This document shows positions 28,501-36,731 of a stretch of DNA of 52,875 nucleotides, one piece after another. Position 1 is the stretch's first letter. Each line of letters starts with the position of its first letter. This DNA is from Daejeonella sp. (GTDB lineage: Bacteria; Bacteroidota; Bacteroidia; Sphingobacteriales; Sphingobacteriaceae), in contig NZ_JBIIPN010000001.1 in assembly GCF_044342615.1 (NCBI RefSeq), positions 1 to 52,875 of the forward strand, read 5' to 3'. The translations under genes were made by a program, and so were the position numbers. The notes beneath the pieces are model-generated. The model worked only from the letters and a program-made list of their open reading frames with translations, searched no databases and had not been told where the DNA came from.

Positions 28501-28634
28501 ATGGCTACATTTTTCAATTTAACAGCCTGCTGGCCTTTAATATCTTTAGAAAAATAAAGGATTTTGATTGATTTTTTAATGGGAGTACAGGCTCCAATTA
28601 AGAGAACCAAAAAAAGAAGTAGGGAGTGCTTCAT
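25542..28634 (-). CDS. PQQ-dependent (glucose/sorbosone-type) dehydrogenase-like lipoprotein with PKD, cytochrome c and CBM6-like domains
   Basis: LIGAC lipobox; EDGLLGVAIDP, CCHSAG, LYLSTGDN, DLRGKIVRI, MGSRNPYR propeller; PKD (HTFTKPGVYSVKLSVSD); CKACH heme motif; C-terminal GIHDLYFVF...LDWIYF. Confidence 0.9.
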   Translation of the reverse strand: MKHSLLLFLVLLIGACTPIKKSIKILYFSKDIKGQQAVKLKNVAMKNGWELLVADSEKYLHEDSLAKVDAILLPFSSLNKMGYLELPVLKRYLEAGRGVLISIADTSLSQKEWPWLQVFNTKSDAQVWTQDKSWISRLNPDFSEGDLSQILSKQFSKASIPDYLSVKTLTVPDSSRYTRTVLVEGLDEPLGMAILPNNDVLLAERKGGLKIYNRLSKQIKTISNFDVFSGIEDGLLGVAIDPKFGENHWVYFYYSIAGDKFVNRLSRIQLYGDSLAKASEQILLEIPTQRKYCCHSAGYISFDADGLLYLSTGDNTNAEETEGYTPVDERPGRALADDQATAANTNDLRGKIVRIKPLDDGTYAIPEGNLFPKNNPKTRPEIYIMGSRNPYRFSVDQKNKYLYWGDVGPDTKVPSKDGELMSFDEINQAKAPGFYGWPYFLGNNEAFPMYNYATKSEGPKKDSLNPINDSPNNTGERILPQAQPAMIWYGKKNSKHFPLLGNGGASAMAGPVYYSDLFPNAPYKLNDYYNGKLFIYEWIRGWIMAVTFDEKGNYLRMEPFLKQYTFAAPVDMQFSRDGALYVLEYGTNWFSKNTDARLVRIEYVEGNRNPVAEIELDRQYGAAPFNVQFSAKKTFDHDRNDQLTYTWSVENVTYEGLNPAHTFTKPGVYSVKLSVSDDKGGKTETSSQVFVGNTPPEIQIFTNANRSFYWDNVLLDYQVKITDLEDKNIDENRLNITYGYIARGKDVAIVLTQNQSSSSLKYLKGQQLAANLNCKACHALDKASVGPSFVAIAERYAGKQGMVATLSDKIIKGGGGVWGERAMIPHPNLSKDDAAEIVNYILSLSDKSTIKRPSSDAIELKDHIGKGNEGSYLLNVSYTDLGANGIQALQSRNHITLRSPWVQAEDFDSGNVRIATYPTENLAYARAINHETYVRFNKIDLNLVKQLLFRVEPLAGGKIEVRLGKIDGLMIGETQIPAAIAKDSKPWKELIINALETKGIHDLYFVFKSSSDIKQNLFHLDWIYFSNKSQ

Positions 28635-28643
28635 GCAATGTAT

Positions 28644-28730
28644 GTCTATTTCAGCTTTTAAATATTCGTATTCTAAGTCTTGTTTTGCTCAATGCTTCAA
28701 AGAATTAGAATACGAATATATGAAATAGAC
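28644..28730. other. Long intergenic inverted repeat (RNA stem-loop)
   Basis: gtctatttca (28644-53) pairs with tgaaatagac (28721-30); atattcgtattctaa (28662-76) pairs with ttagaatacgaatat (28705-19). Confidence 0.75.
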
Positions 28731-28768
28731 TTTTAGCTATCTAGCCATAGATGCCCTAATTCGACAAT

Positions 28769-29521
28769 TTATTGTAATAAAGCAGCAGTCTCCTCTGCAG
28801 AAGTTACGCCTGGCGCCAACTCAATAATCTTAAAATTACGGAATTCAATTTTAGCACCTTCAGCCTCTAGGCAGATATAGCCTTTCTTTTGTGTCGACTT
28901 ACTAATGCCATTTACAAATTTACCGTTTACAGAAAGTTTGATTACCCCATCTATACATACCACATCATAGGAATTCCATTCACCTTTACCCTTAGCACGA
29001 TTCTCAATCGATTTGCTGCGCTCTCCTCTAGGATTATCGGGTGTAGTTTTTACCCCCTGTACTCCAAAAAGCTCGCCATGTACATAAGCAATAGGAGGCT
29101 TTTGGCCATCTCTAAGATTTAAATTTACCCAATCCAATTCAAGCATTTGCACCTCTACTCCATCTGGGAGGGGGTTTTTACCTTGAGGATTTGCTCCACT
29201 CCACACAAATACACCCGAATTACCTCCTGGTTCTAAATGCTTCCACTCTACATGGAGGATAAAATTTTCATACTGCTTTTCCGATCGAGCAACACCAATT
29301 GGCATTCCCGTAGAAAATAAAGTACCATCTTTTTTCACTGTCCATGTTTCTTTGGTAGTGTTTACATTCACCCATTTTAGGGGTGTTTCTTTTACCTTAG
29401 AACCAAGAATTACCGCATCCATGGCTTTTGAAGTACCGAACTCAAAAAGAACCTCTTGCGAGAAACTGATGTTACTACTCAATAGCAACACGAAAGAAAG
29501 AATTAGCGTTTTTTTTATCAT
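28769..29521 (-). CDS. DUF1080 (3-keto-disaccharide hydrolase/hydratase-like) domain protein, secreted
   Basis: Signal peptide, [41 protein letters not shown]. Confidence 0.88.
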   Translation of the reverse strand: MIKKTLILSFVLLLSSNISFSQEVLFEFGTSKAMDAVILGSKVKETPLKWVNVNTTKETWTVKKDGTLFSTGMPIGVARSEKQYENFILHVEWKHLEPGGNSGVFVWSGANPQGKNPLPDGVEVQMLELDWVNLNLRDGQKPPIAYVHGELFGVQGVKTTPDNPRGERSKSIENRAKGKGEWNSYDVVCIDGVIKLSVNGKFVNGISKSTQKKGYICLEAEGAKIEFRNFKIIELAPGVTSAEETAALLQ

Positions 29522-29569
29522 TTTATTTGTGTTTTTAATATAAATATCATCTGTTCGAACTTATTTTTT

Positions 29570-29639
29570 GTCCTATGGATGGTCCTGTGGTCGGTCCTGT
29601 GGTCGGTGTTATCACCGTACCACCATACCACCGTACCAC
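29570..29639. repeat. Short tandem repeats forming an imperfect hairpin
   Basis: ggtcctgtggtc x2 (29581-29604), then caccRtac x3 (29613-29636). The G-rich and C-rich blocks are roughly complementary. Confidence 0.6.
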
Positions 29640-30934
29640 TACAAAACCTTCGTCACCCCCGGTACCGCAGGCTCTGGAACAGGCCATTTCAAATCCCAAT
29701 TGTATTGATTAAAATCGGGACCAATTACCTTGTCAGAATTCATCGCCTGCTCCCAGGTAATGGTTTGTCCGCTATAAGCCGCCATACGGCCCAAGATCCC
29801 TAACATCGTACTATTCGCCATCATTTCTCCATCATTCAAAGGCTTACCTGAGCGAATAGATGCAAATAATTCGTCATGTTGAACCTGATACATATCCCTC
29901 TTCTCTCCCTGATAATTCCAATTCGTCTTACCAGTTATTTTATGTGTTTGTCCCTGATAAATAGCAATACCCTCAGAACCAATTATTTCTACTGAATTTT
30001 TAGAGGAACAACCGTCTTGCTGGCGACAAAAATTATATCCTTTGATTCCATTTTCAAATTCAAACTCGATGGCAAAATGGTCATAAATATTACCCCAGTT
30101 TTTCTCTACTCTCGACTGACGGCCACCGGTTCCAAATGCTTTTATAGGCATTTTGCTTCCCAATGCCCAAGTCATCATATCCATATTGTGAACCACCATT
30201 TCTACAATAAAATCACCCGAAAGCCAATCATAATAGTACCAATTCCGCATCTGATATTCCATGTCAGTCCACTCAGGCTTACGCGGAAAATACCATAATC
30301 CACCACCATTACGCGTAGAATTCACCATTCTCACCTCGCCAATATCCCCATTTTGAACACGCCCAAAAAGTTCTCTTTTAGGAAGATCATAACGAAAGGT
30401 AAAACCAGAAACTAGAGATAATCCTTTTTCTTTGGCTTTTTTGGAAGCTGCCAAGACTTTTCGTACTCCGGGTGCATCAACTGCAACGGGTTTTTCGCAA
30501 AAAATATGTTTACCTGCTTCAACGGCAGCAACTAATTGATCGGGACGAAATCCTGGAGGTGTAGTCAGTAAAACGACATCCACATCCGATTCCATTACAC
30601 GTTTGTAAGCATCAAAACCGACAAATCTATTTTCTTTAGGCACCTTCACCTTATCGGGATGGGCCTTCATCAAAATATCGTATGAACTATCTAGGCGATC
30701 TTGAAACACATCCGCCATAGCGGTTAATATCACATTGGGGTCGGCATTAATTGCCTGACTTGCAGCACCCGTACCACGACCACCACAGCCTATCAAGGCC
30801 ACTTTTAATACACTTTTGCTTTGCGCGAAGGTTGTTGTAGGGATTGCTGCCGATAAACCAATTCCGGTTCCAATAACAACTGCTCCGGTTGATTTGATAA
30901 AAGATCTTCGGTCGGTGTTTTCAAGTTTAGCCAT
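29639..30934 (-). CDS. Gfo/Idh/MocA family oxidoreductase with Tat signal
   Basis: DRRSFIK Tat motif, ALIGCGGRG Rossmann motif, TTPPGFRP, HIFCEKP, VHNMD. Confidence 0.93.
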   Translation of the reverse strand: MAKLENTDRRSFIKSTGAVVIGTGIGLSAAIPTTTFAQSKSVLKVALIGCGGRGTGAASQAINADPNVILTAMADVFQDRLDSSYDILMKAHPDKVKVPKENRFVGFDAYKRVMESDVDVVLLTTPPGFRPDQLVAAVEAGKHIFCEKPVAVDAPGVRKVLAASKKAKEKGLSLVSGFTFRYDLPKRELFGRVQNGDIGEVRMVNSTRNGGGLWYFPRKPEWTDMEYQMRNWYYYDWLSGDFIVEMVVHNMDMMTWALGSKMPIKAFGTGGRQSRVEKNWGNIYDHFAIEFEFENGIKGYNFCRQQDGCSSKNSVEIIGSEGIAIYQGQTHKITGKTNWNYQGEKRDMYQVQHDELFASIRSGKPLNDGEMMANSTMLGILGRMAAYSGQTITWEQAMNSDKVIGPDFNQYNWDLKWPVPEPAVPGVTKVL

Positions 30935-31025
30935 CTTATATTCTCAGAAATTAAAATATAATAATACTAAAATTATTTTAATTAGTGCTGAAAGATAGAA
31001 TGTTAGGAAACAATAGCTAGAGGGT

Positions 31026-31053
31026 TTGCTTCGTCGTACCTCCTCGCAATGAC
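31026..31053. repeat. Isolated REP-like element (TTGCTTCGTC...CTCGCAATGAC type)
   Basis: GC-rich ttgcttcgtcgtacctcctcgcaatgac island in an AT-rich spacer, with an imperfect hairpin. Resembles a widespread intergenic repeat family, recognised from memory. Confidence 0.55.
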
Positions 31054-31081
31054 ATGCGAATCAATTTTAATAATAAACGAA

Positions 31082-32434
31082 TTATTTCCTTAATGTCCTA
31101 ATAATTAGGTCGAAAACGGAATCTCCAGAGATAATTGAGCTTTCCAAAGGGTCATTTGTAATCAATACAGGTTGGTATTCTGCACCTACACCAATTTTAC
31201 CATGTGAGCCTTTAACTAAGTTAGCATCCAAAGGAATAACATCCATCACATATCTAAAACCGGCCTTTTTCCTCAATAGTTTATATCCAGCTCTTAGTTT
31301 GGAACTCATAAACATCTCCACAGGATCATAACCAGGCTTTTTATGGATATCTACACAACGTGCATAGTCGGGAGCTTTTGAATCATCAAGCCAGAAATAA
31401 TAGGTAAACCAGGAATCTTGATCAGCCATCAGGACTAAGTCACCCGCACGCTCATGATTGATGTGAAAATCTTTTTGCTCCTTTTGATCTAAGATTCGCT
31501 CAACTCCTTGAACATCTTTTAATAATTGCATCACCTGCTCCTTTACAGATGGATCATTGATATAAACATGCGCAATTTGATGATCAGCAACCACAAAGGC
31601 CTTTGAAGCCCCCGCATCTAATAATTCTAGTCCGCGCTCTTCTCTAATAGCCAGTAAACCGTGCTCCCTAAATAGTCGGTTGAGATGTATTGGATTATTT
31701 ACTGGCGAAATACCATATTCTGAAAGGAGGATAATTTCTGCACCTTTATCTTCATAAAAAGTAATGAGTTTTTTTAGCACCTCATCAATCTCATTTAACT
31801 CCTTGTGGATTTTTGAGAAATCGGGACCGAATTTCTGCAGGCAATAATCCAAATGAGGCAAATAAATAAGTGTCAATGTGGGATCATAAAGATCATCTGT
31901 CAACATCGAAGCATCAGCAATCCATTGCGTTGATTTAATATTTGCTCCTGGTCCCCAGAATTGAAACAATGGAAATTCTCCCAGCTTCTCTTGCAATACA
32001 TCGCGTAAGCTTGCTGGTTGGGAATAACAATCTGGCATTTTCCTGCCATCAGCCAAATAATTTGGTCGCGGAGTAACAGAATAATCGGCCGAAGAATACA
32101 TATTATACCACCAAAACATTGTTGAACAGGTAAAATTAGGATCTTCCTTTTTAGCGATATCCCAAATTTTTTCACCGCTCACAAGCTTGTTCGATTGCTT
32201 CCAAAATTTAACTTCACAATCTGTACGATCATACCAACCATTCCCCACAATACCAGTAGCAGATGGCCATTTACCCGTAACATAAGTGCTTTGTGCTGAG
32301 GTAGTTAGTGCTGGAAAAACAGGTTCAATCCTTGCTAAGTGCTTACGACTGATATAATTGCTTAAAAATGGTGTATGCTCCCCAATAATAGAGCTTGAAA
32401 GTGCTACAACATCAATTACAACCGTCTTTTTCAT
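31082..32434 (-). CDS. eboF: EboF, alkaline phosphatase/nucleotide pyrophosphatase family protein
   Basis: VVIDVVAL, FPALTTSAQ (Thr nucleophile), YLPHLDY, LSEYG, VDIHKKPGYDP, VKGSHG; last gene of the ebo cluster. Confidence 0.88.
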   Translation of the reverse strand: MKKTVVIDVVALSSSIIGEHTPFLSNYISRKHLARIEPVFPALTTSAQSTYVTGKWPSATGIVGNGWYDRTDCEVKFWKQSNKLVSGEKIWDIAKKEDPNFTCSTMFWWYNMYSSADYSVTPRPNYLADGRKMPDCYSQPASLRDVLQEKLGEFPLFQFWGPGANIKSTQWIADASMLTDDLYDPTLTLIYLPHLDYCLQKFGPDFSKIHKELNEIDEVLKKLITFYEDKGAEIILLSEYGISPVNNPIHLNRLFREHGLLAIREERGLELLDAGASKAFVVADHQIAHVYINDPSVKEQVMQLLKDVQGVERILDQKEQKDFHINHERAGDLVLMADQDSWFTYYFWLDDSKAPDYARCVDIHKKPGYDPVEMFMSSKLRAGYKLLRKKAGFRYVMDVIPLDANLVKGSHGKIGVGAEYQPVLITNDPLESSIISGDSVFDLIIRTLRK

Positions 32435-32444
32435 AGCCTTGAAT

Positions 32445-33653
32445 TTATACCAATTGTTCTTTAACCCAGTTTAACTCTCTAATAATACTTTCACTTATCG
32501 GAACTTTTAATGATTCAGGAAGCACCTCCCAAGTGTAAGTTTCTACTTCTAAATGAGCTGAAAAAGCGTTGTTTTTCTGAATTTTCAGCACTTCAATAAT
32601 ATCTTCTTGTGTGGATTGTAACAATCCGAGATCTTGCGCAAAAACAGGTACGTGAAAATGTGCTCGCCACTCCTTAACATCTTGATTATGAGTATTTTCA
32701 AGAGCCTCTGGAAGATCACGGTACCGAATTAAAGATTGATCAAATTTCTGAGCCACAACCTGGTGCAGGTAGGTTTTTTCATTGTATTTTGAAAAGGCCT
32801 CGAAAATAGCTGATTTAGATTCCTGATCTAGAGCCAAATCTGCCTTTAAAGCCGCACTAATTTGAATTTTACCTGTTTTTATCCCTTTTTCATCAAGCTG
32901 CTGTATAACCTTGGCATGGCTTTCATAACCTATAGCAAAATGACAAACATCATAACACAAACAAATATGCGTTTTGATGCAATTTTCTACTTCTAGTTCA
33001 CTAAGTTTTAAACTTTTAGTAAGGTTTAACTTTGCCAGTGGTAGAAGCATATTTTCATACCAATCAATAAATTCAGCCCCCGTTTCAAGAAGTCCATCGG
33101 GTTCGGGTTCAATATCCAAATGCATAATTATGTCACGCTCATTCTTAATACTAATCAGATGTTGAGCAAGCTCGATAATATGTAGTGTTGCCCTTTCTTT
33201 AGCCTGAAAAGCTAAATCGTCGGTAGAAAACCAAAACTTATAACTCAAAGGCGATGTAGAAATACCGCCTTCCAAACCTTCTGGCAATAGTTCGGCTAAA
33301 ATATTGAATAGTCGCAGGGTGTAATCCACACGTTCTTGGCTTGTCCAATCGGGAGCATGTACCTGATCTTTCACCACCGTATGATGAAAATCACCAAAAG
33401 GAAAACCATTCATGGTAAAAACATAGGCTTGCTGTTGATTCAGCCATTTTTTAAACGTATTCAACTCTTCAGAATTCATTAAATCAATACTTGCCGAATT
33501 AGACAGACGTAAACCAATGCCCATGGCTTGATTTGGAGAAAATTCTTTTTTAATTATTGGAAAATTTAAGTCCAAAGACTCAAAATGATCCCCCCAGCTC
33601 TCTCCAGCATGGATATTTGTACAATAAGTTAAATGCCCAGAATCGAGTTTCAT
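32445..33653 (-). CDS. eboE: Metabolite traffic protein EboE (TIM barrel)
   Basis: HLTYCTNIHAGE, FTMNGFP, IEPEP, CYDVCH, YLHQV, WRAHFHVP, HLEVETYTW. Confidence 0.93.
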   Translation of the reverse strand: MKLDSGHLTYCTNIHAGESWGDHFESLDLNFPIIKKEFSPNQAMGIGLRLSNSASIDLMNSEELNTFKKWLNQQQAYVFTMNGFPFGDFHHTVVKDQVHAPDWTSQERVDYTLRLFNILAELLPEGLEGGISTSPLSYKFWFSTDDLAFQAKERATLHIIELAQHLISIKNERDIIMHLDIEPEPDGLLETGAEFIDWYENMLLPLAKLNLTKSLKLSELEVENCIKTHICLCYDVCHFAIGYESHAKVIQQLDEKGIKTGKIQISAALKADLALDQESKSAIFEAFSKYNEKTYLHQVVAQKFDQSLIRYRDLPEALENTHNQDVKEWRAHFHVPVFAQDLGLLQSTQEDIIEVLKIQKNNAFSAHLEVETYTWEVLPESLKVPISESIIRELNWVKEQLV

Positions 33654-34780
33654 GACCTATTTCGAAGTGTTTGAGATGCTTTTTTCAGTATTTCAGTGTC
33701 AATTTCATGTACTTCTAAGCCTTTTCCGATTTTTTGAAGAAGCATTATCGTTAATTCACCCCCAAGGTGCTCTCTAAATTCCTCTAAACCTAATATAATT
33801 GGTGATTGACTATCATTAACCTCCATGAGTGGATGAACAATATCAAAGCCTAATTTGATTAAAAGTTTAATTATCCGCTGGCAGTCTGAATCAGATAAAG
33901 AACCTATCAAATTGGAATAAACTGAATCTAAGGCAATACCCATAGCTACTGCTTCACCATGAAGGACTTCAAAGTTGGAAAGTTGCTCCAGTTTATGCGC
34001 ACTCCAATGCCCAAAATCTAAAGGCCGCGAAGAACCTTTTTCAAAAGGATCGCCACTGGCAATATGATTCATGTGTAATTCAGCACATTTATAAATCAGG
34101 TAATTCATGCTTTCCTCGTCACGGGAAATTAATTTTTCAGCACTCTCCTCGATCCAAGTAAAGAATTTGGAATCCTTAATAAGTGCTACTTTTACTGCCT
34201 CAGAAATACCTGACCTATAATCCCTATCAGACAAGCTTTTGATGAAAAAATCATCATTGAAAACCGCTATTGGCGGAGCGAAAGTCCCAAGAAAGTTTTT
34301 CTTACCAAAGTAATTAATTCCATTTTTAACACCCACGCCCGAATCATTCTGCGATAAAACGGTTGTAGGAATGCGAATATGTCGTATCCCACGATGCGCA
34401 ACTGCCGAAGCATAGCCTACTAAATCGAGTACTGAACCGCCACCAATAGCAGCAATATACGAATGTCGATCAATTTTATATTTATTGATTAATTCTAAAA
34501 TCTGATCAAAATACAGGGTATTATTTTTTAATTGCTCACCACCAGGCAGGACCAAAATTTCGGGTATTAACTCAACAGCTTGATGAATTTTGAAATAATT
34601 TTTAATCTCCTGCTGTAACTCATCACCAATACCACCATCCACAACAAAAAAGATTTTACGCACAATACCATCACCCTTCAAAAAATCATTCAACAAGGTA
34701 TTTGATGACTCAAAAAGTCCAGAGCTAAAAAAAACCTTATACTCAAATTTTACATCAAAAGATTGTTGAAGGTATCTCAT
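33650..34780 (-). CDS. eboD: EboD, 3-dehydroquinate synthase-like sugar-phosphate cyclase
   Basis: GGEQLK, IGGGSVLD, PTTVLSQNDSGVGVKNG, DFGHWSAH, HGEAVAMG; 4-nt overlap with eboE. Confidence 0.88.
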   Translation of the reverse strand: MRYLQQSFDVKFEYKVFFSSGLFESSNTLLNDFLKGDGIVRKIFFVVDGGIGDELQQEIKNYFKIHQAVELIPEILVLPGGEQLKNNTLYFDQILELINKYKIDRHSYIAAIGGGSVLDLVGYASAVAHRGIRHIRIPTTVLSQNDSGVGVKNGINYFGKKNFLGTFAPPIAVFNDDFFIKSLSDRDYRSGISEAVKVALIKDSKFFTWIEESAEKLISRDEESMNYLIYKCAELHMNHIASGDPFEKGSSRPLDFGHWSAHKLEQLSNFEVLHGEAVAMGIALDSVYSNLIGSLSDSDCQRIIKLLIKLGFDIVHPLMEVNDSQSPIILGLEEFREHLGGELTIMLLQKIGKGLEVHEIDTEILKKASQTLRNRS

Positions 34781-34846
34781 TTTAAATAGATTCTTGAAAA
34801 TATGCTGGCTTTCAATTTGCTAGCAGTGGATAAAGATAATCGTCAA

Positions 34847-35728
34847 TTAAGTAACGGCAAAACGTTTTGATAACCAAATAGAAAGAGGCAATAAAATTAC
34901 GATAAAAAAGGCCAATCCTAAGGAGCCAAATACTGCTGCCCAGGCTGCATCCATTAAAATTAGTGAGATTACACCCGCCTTAACAGCCATACCAATATTT
35001 TTACCTAAAGGTTCCCTAATTGCTTTAAAAAGAGGCTTAAATATCATCCAAGCAAATGGAAGGATAAATAATAAAGCCATCAATACCTGCCCCATTGACC
35101 ATGAAAAATAAAGCATGATTCCTATGACCATAGCATATAAAAAGACGCCTAAAAAAAGTTTGTTTTTATTGGATCCATGCACCTCTCCTTGACTTATCAT
35201 GGTAATTGAAAAGATGTAAATGAGCGGTACAATAGCTATAATATACAAATTATTTTGCGAAAATGCAAGAATACTCATTCCCAAAATTAGATTTAAGCCC
35301 CGGCAGGTCCCCATGTTTAGTGGACCAATAAATGAATGGTGTTTGGAGAATTTATTATAGACTAGCGCAAAAAAAGCAATGAACATTGCAATAATTCCAG
35401 AAAATATAGAATGCAAAAATGCGCTCAAAATACCCAAAACCAGCAAAAATATCCCTAAATAGACTGCTTCATTTAATTTGACTGCACCGCTAGGAATTGC
35501 TCGTTCAGGACGTTCAATTTTGTCGAGATCAGCATCAAAAACATCATTAAATACGATACCACCACCGTATAATCCAATAGTAGATAAACAAAGTAGAATT
35601 ACGGGCAGAAGGCTTGCACTGGAACCAAAAACAAAACTTGAAATCGCAATGCCTGCCAAAACATCTGCCACAGAGGTCACAATATTTGCTGGCCGCATCA
35701 AGCGTAAAAGATGAAAAATCTTTCCCAA
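34847..35728 (-). CDS. eboC: EboC, UbiA-like prenyltransferase
   Basis: LMRPAN, NDVFDADLDKIERPERAIPSG aspartate-rich motif, MGTCRGLN; polytopic; TTG start. Confidence 0.92.
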   Translation of the reverse strand: MGKIFHLLRLMRPANIVTSVADVLAGIAISSFVFGSSASLLPVILLCLSTIGLYGGGIVFNDVFDADLDKIERPERAIPSGAVKLNEAVYLGIFLLVLGILSAFLHSIFSGIIAMFIAFFALVYNKFSKHHSFIGPLNMGTCRGLNLILGMSILAFSQNNLYIIAIVPLIYIFSITMISQGEVHGSNKNKLFLGVFLYAMVIGIMLYFSWSMGQVLMALLFILPFAWMIFKPLFKAIREPLGKNIGMAVKAGVISLILMDAAWAAVFGSLGLAFFIVILLPLSIWLSKRFAVT

Positions 35729-35731
35729 ATT

Positions 35732-36715
35732 TTAGCTTATTATGATAGACGATTTATCTATTCGTGGCTGCTGACCACCACGAAGAACGGTATTGCCTTC
35801 AAACTTTCCAGTTTGATCTATTACTTGCGGACTCACAAAATCACGTTCGTCTATTTGTCCGCTTTGTGCAAACGCTGCAATTGCATTAGAATAGGTAATC
35901 TTTTTAATGTCTGTATCACTAATTCCCTTTAATTTCATGAGAGCTGCAGTTTTAGGAACAGCAAGCGGATCGCTAATGCCCCAATCGGCAGCAGAATTTA
36001 TCATGATACGATCTGAACCATACATCTTTGCGACCTCTACCATGCGCTCATTTCCCATTTTAGTGAATGGATAAATGGTGAATGCTGCCCAAAAACCACG
36101 ATCTAAAACTTCTTTTACCGTTTCTTCATTATTATGGTCCACAATTACCATTTTAGGATCAATGCCGTGTTCAATGGCAATGTCCATACTACGCTGTGTT
36201 CCCTTTTTCTTATCCCGATGTGGCGTATGAATTTGAATAGGAAGTCCCGCTTCTTTAGCCAATTCAAGCTGCATCCTATAATATTTATCTTCCGCAGCGG
36301 TTTGATCGTCAAAACCAATCTCACCAATACCTACAACCCCTTCTTTATAAATGAATAAAGGAAGTATTTCCATCACCTGCTCGGCAAGTTTTTCATTATT
36401 CGCTTCACGCGAGTTCAAACCGATGGTGCAATAGTGCTTGATGCCAAATTGGGAAGAACGGAAACGCTCCCATCCCACAAGGCTGCTATAATAATCGCGG
36501 AAGCTATCAATGCCTGTCCGTGGCTGACCCAACCAAAAGGCAGGCTCTATTAAGGCTACAATACCAGCATCGGCCATGGCCTGATAATCATCTGTAGTTC
36601 TAGAAACCATGTGGATATGAGGGTCGAAAAATTTCATTCCCTTAATGCTATCCAAATTCATTGGTTCTATAACACCTAAAGGCCTTTTCTGTTCGAATGA
36701 ATGACTACAACACAT
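35732..36715 (-). CDS. eboB: EboB, TatD family hydrolase
   Basis: DPHIHMVSRTTDDY, GEIGFD, IHTPH, VDH, NSAADWG. Confidence 0.9.
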   Translation of the reverse strand: MCCSHSFEQKRPLGVIEPMNLDSIKGMKFFDPHIHMVSRTTDDYQAMADAGIVALIEPAFWLGQPRTGIDSFRDYYSSLVGWERFRSSQFGIKHYCTIGLNSREANNEKLAEQVMEILPLFIYKEGVVGIGEIGFDDQTAAEDKYYRMQLELAKEAGLPIQIHTPHRDKKKGTQRSMDIAIEHGIDPKMVIVDHNNEETVKEVLDRGFWAAFTIYPFTKMGNERMVEVAKMYGSDRIMINSAADWGISDPLAVPKTAALMKLKGISDTDIKKITYSNAIAAFAQSGQIDERDFVSPQVIDQTGKFEGNTVLRGGQQPRIDKSSIIIS

Positions 36716-36731
36716 GTTTTTTATTTTAATT

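Noticed and set aside
33650-34780. Housekeeping aroB
   Set aside because: Embedded in the ebo cluster with EboD-type motifs (SQNDSGVGVKNG, DFGHWSAH); no shikimate genes nearby.
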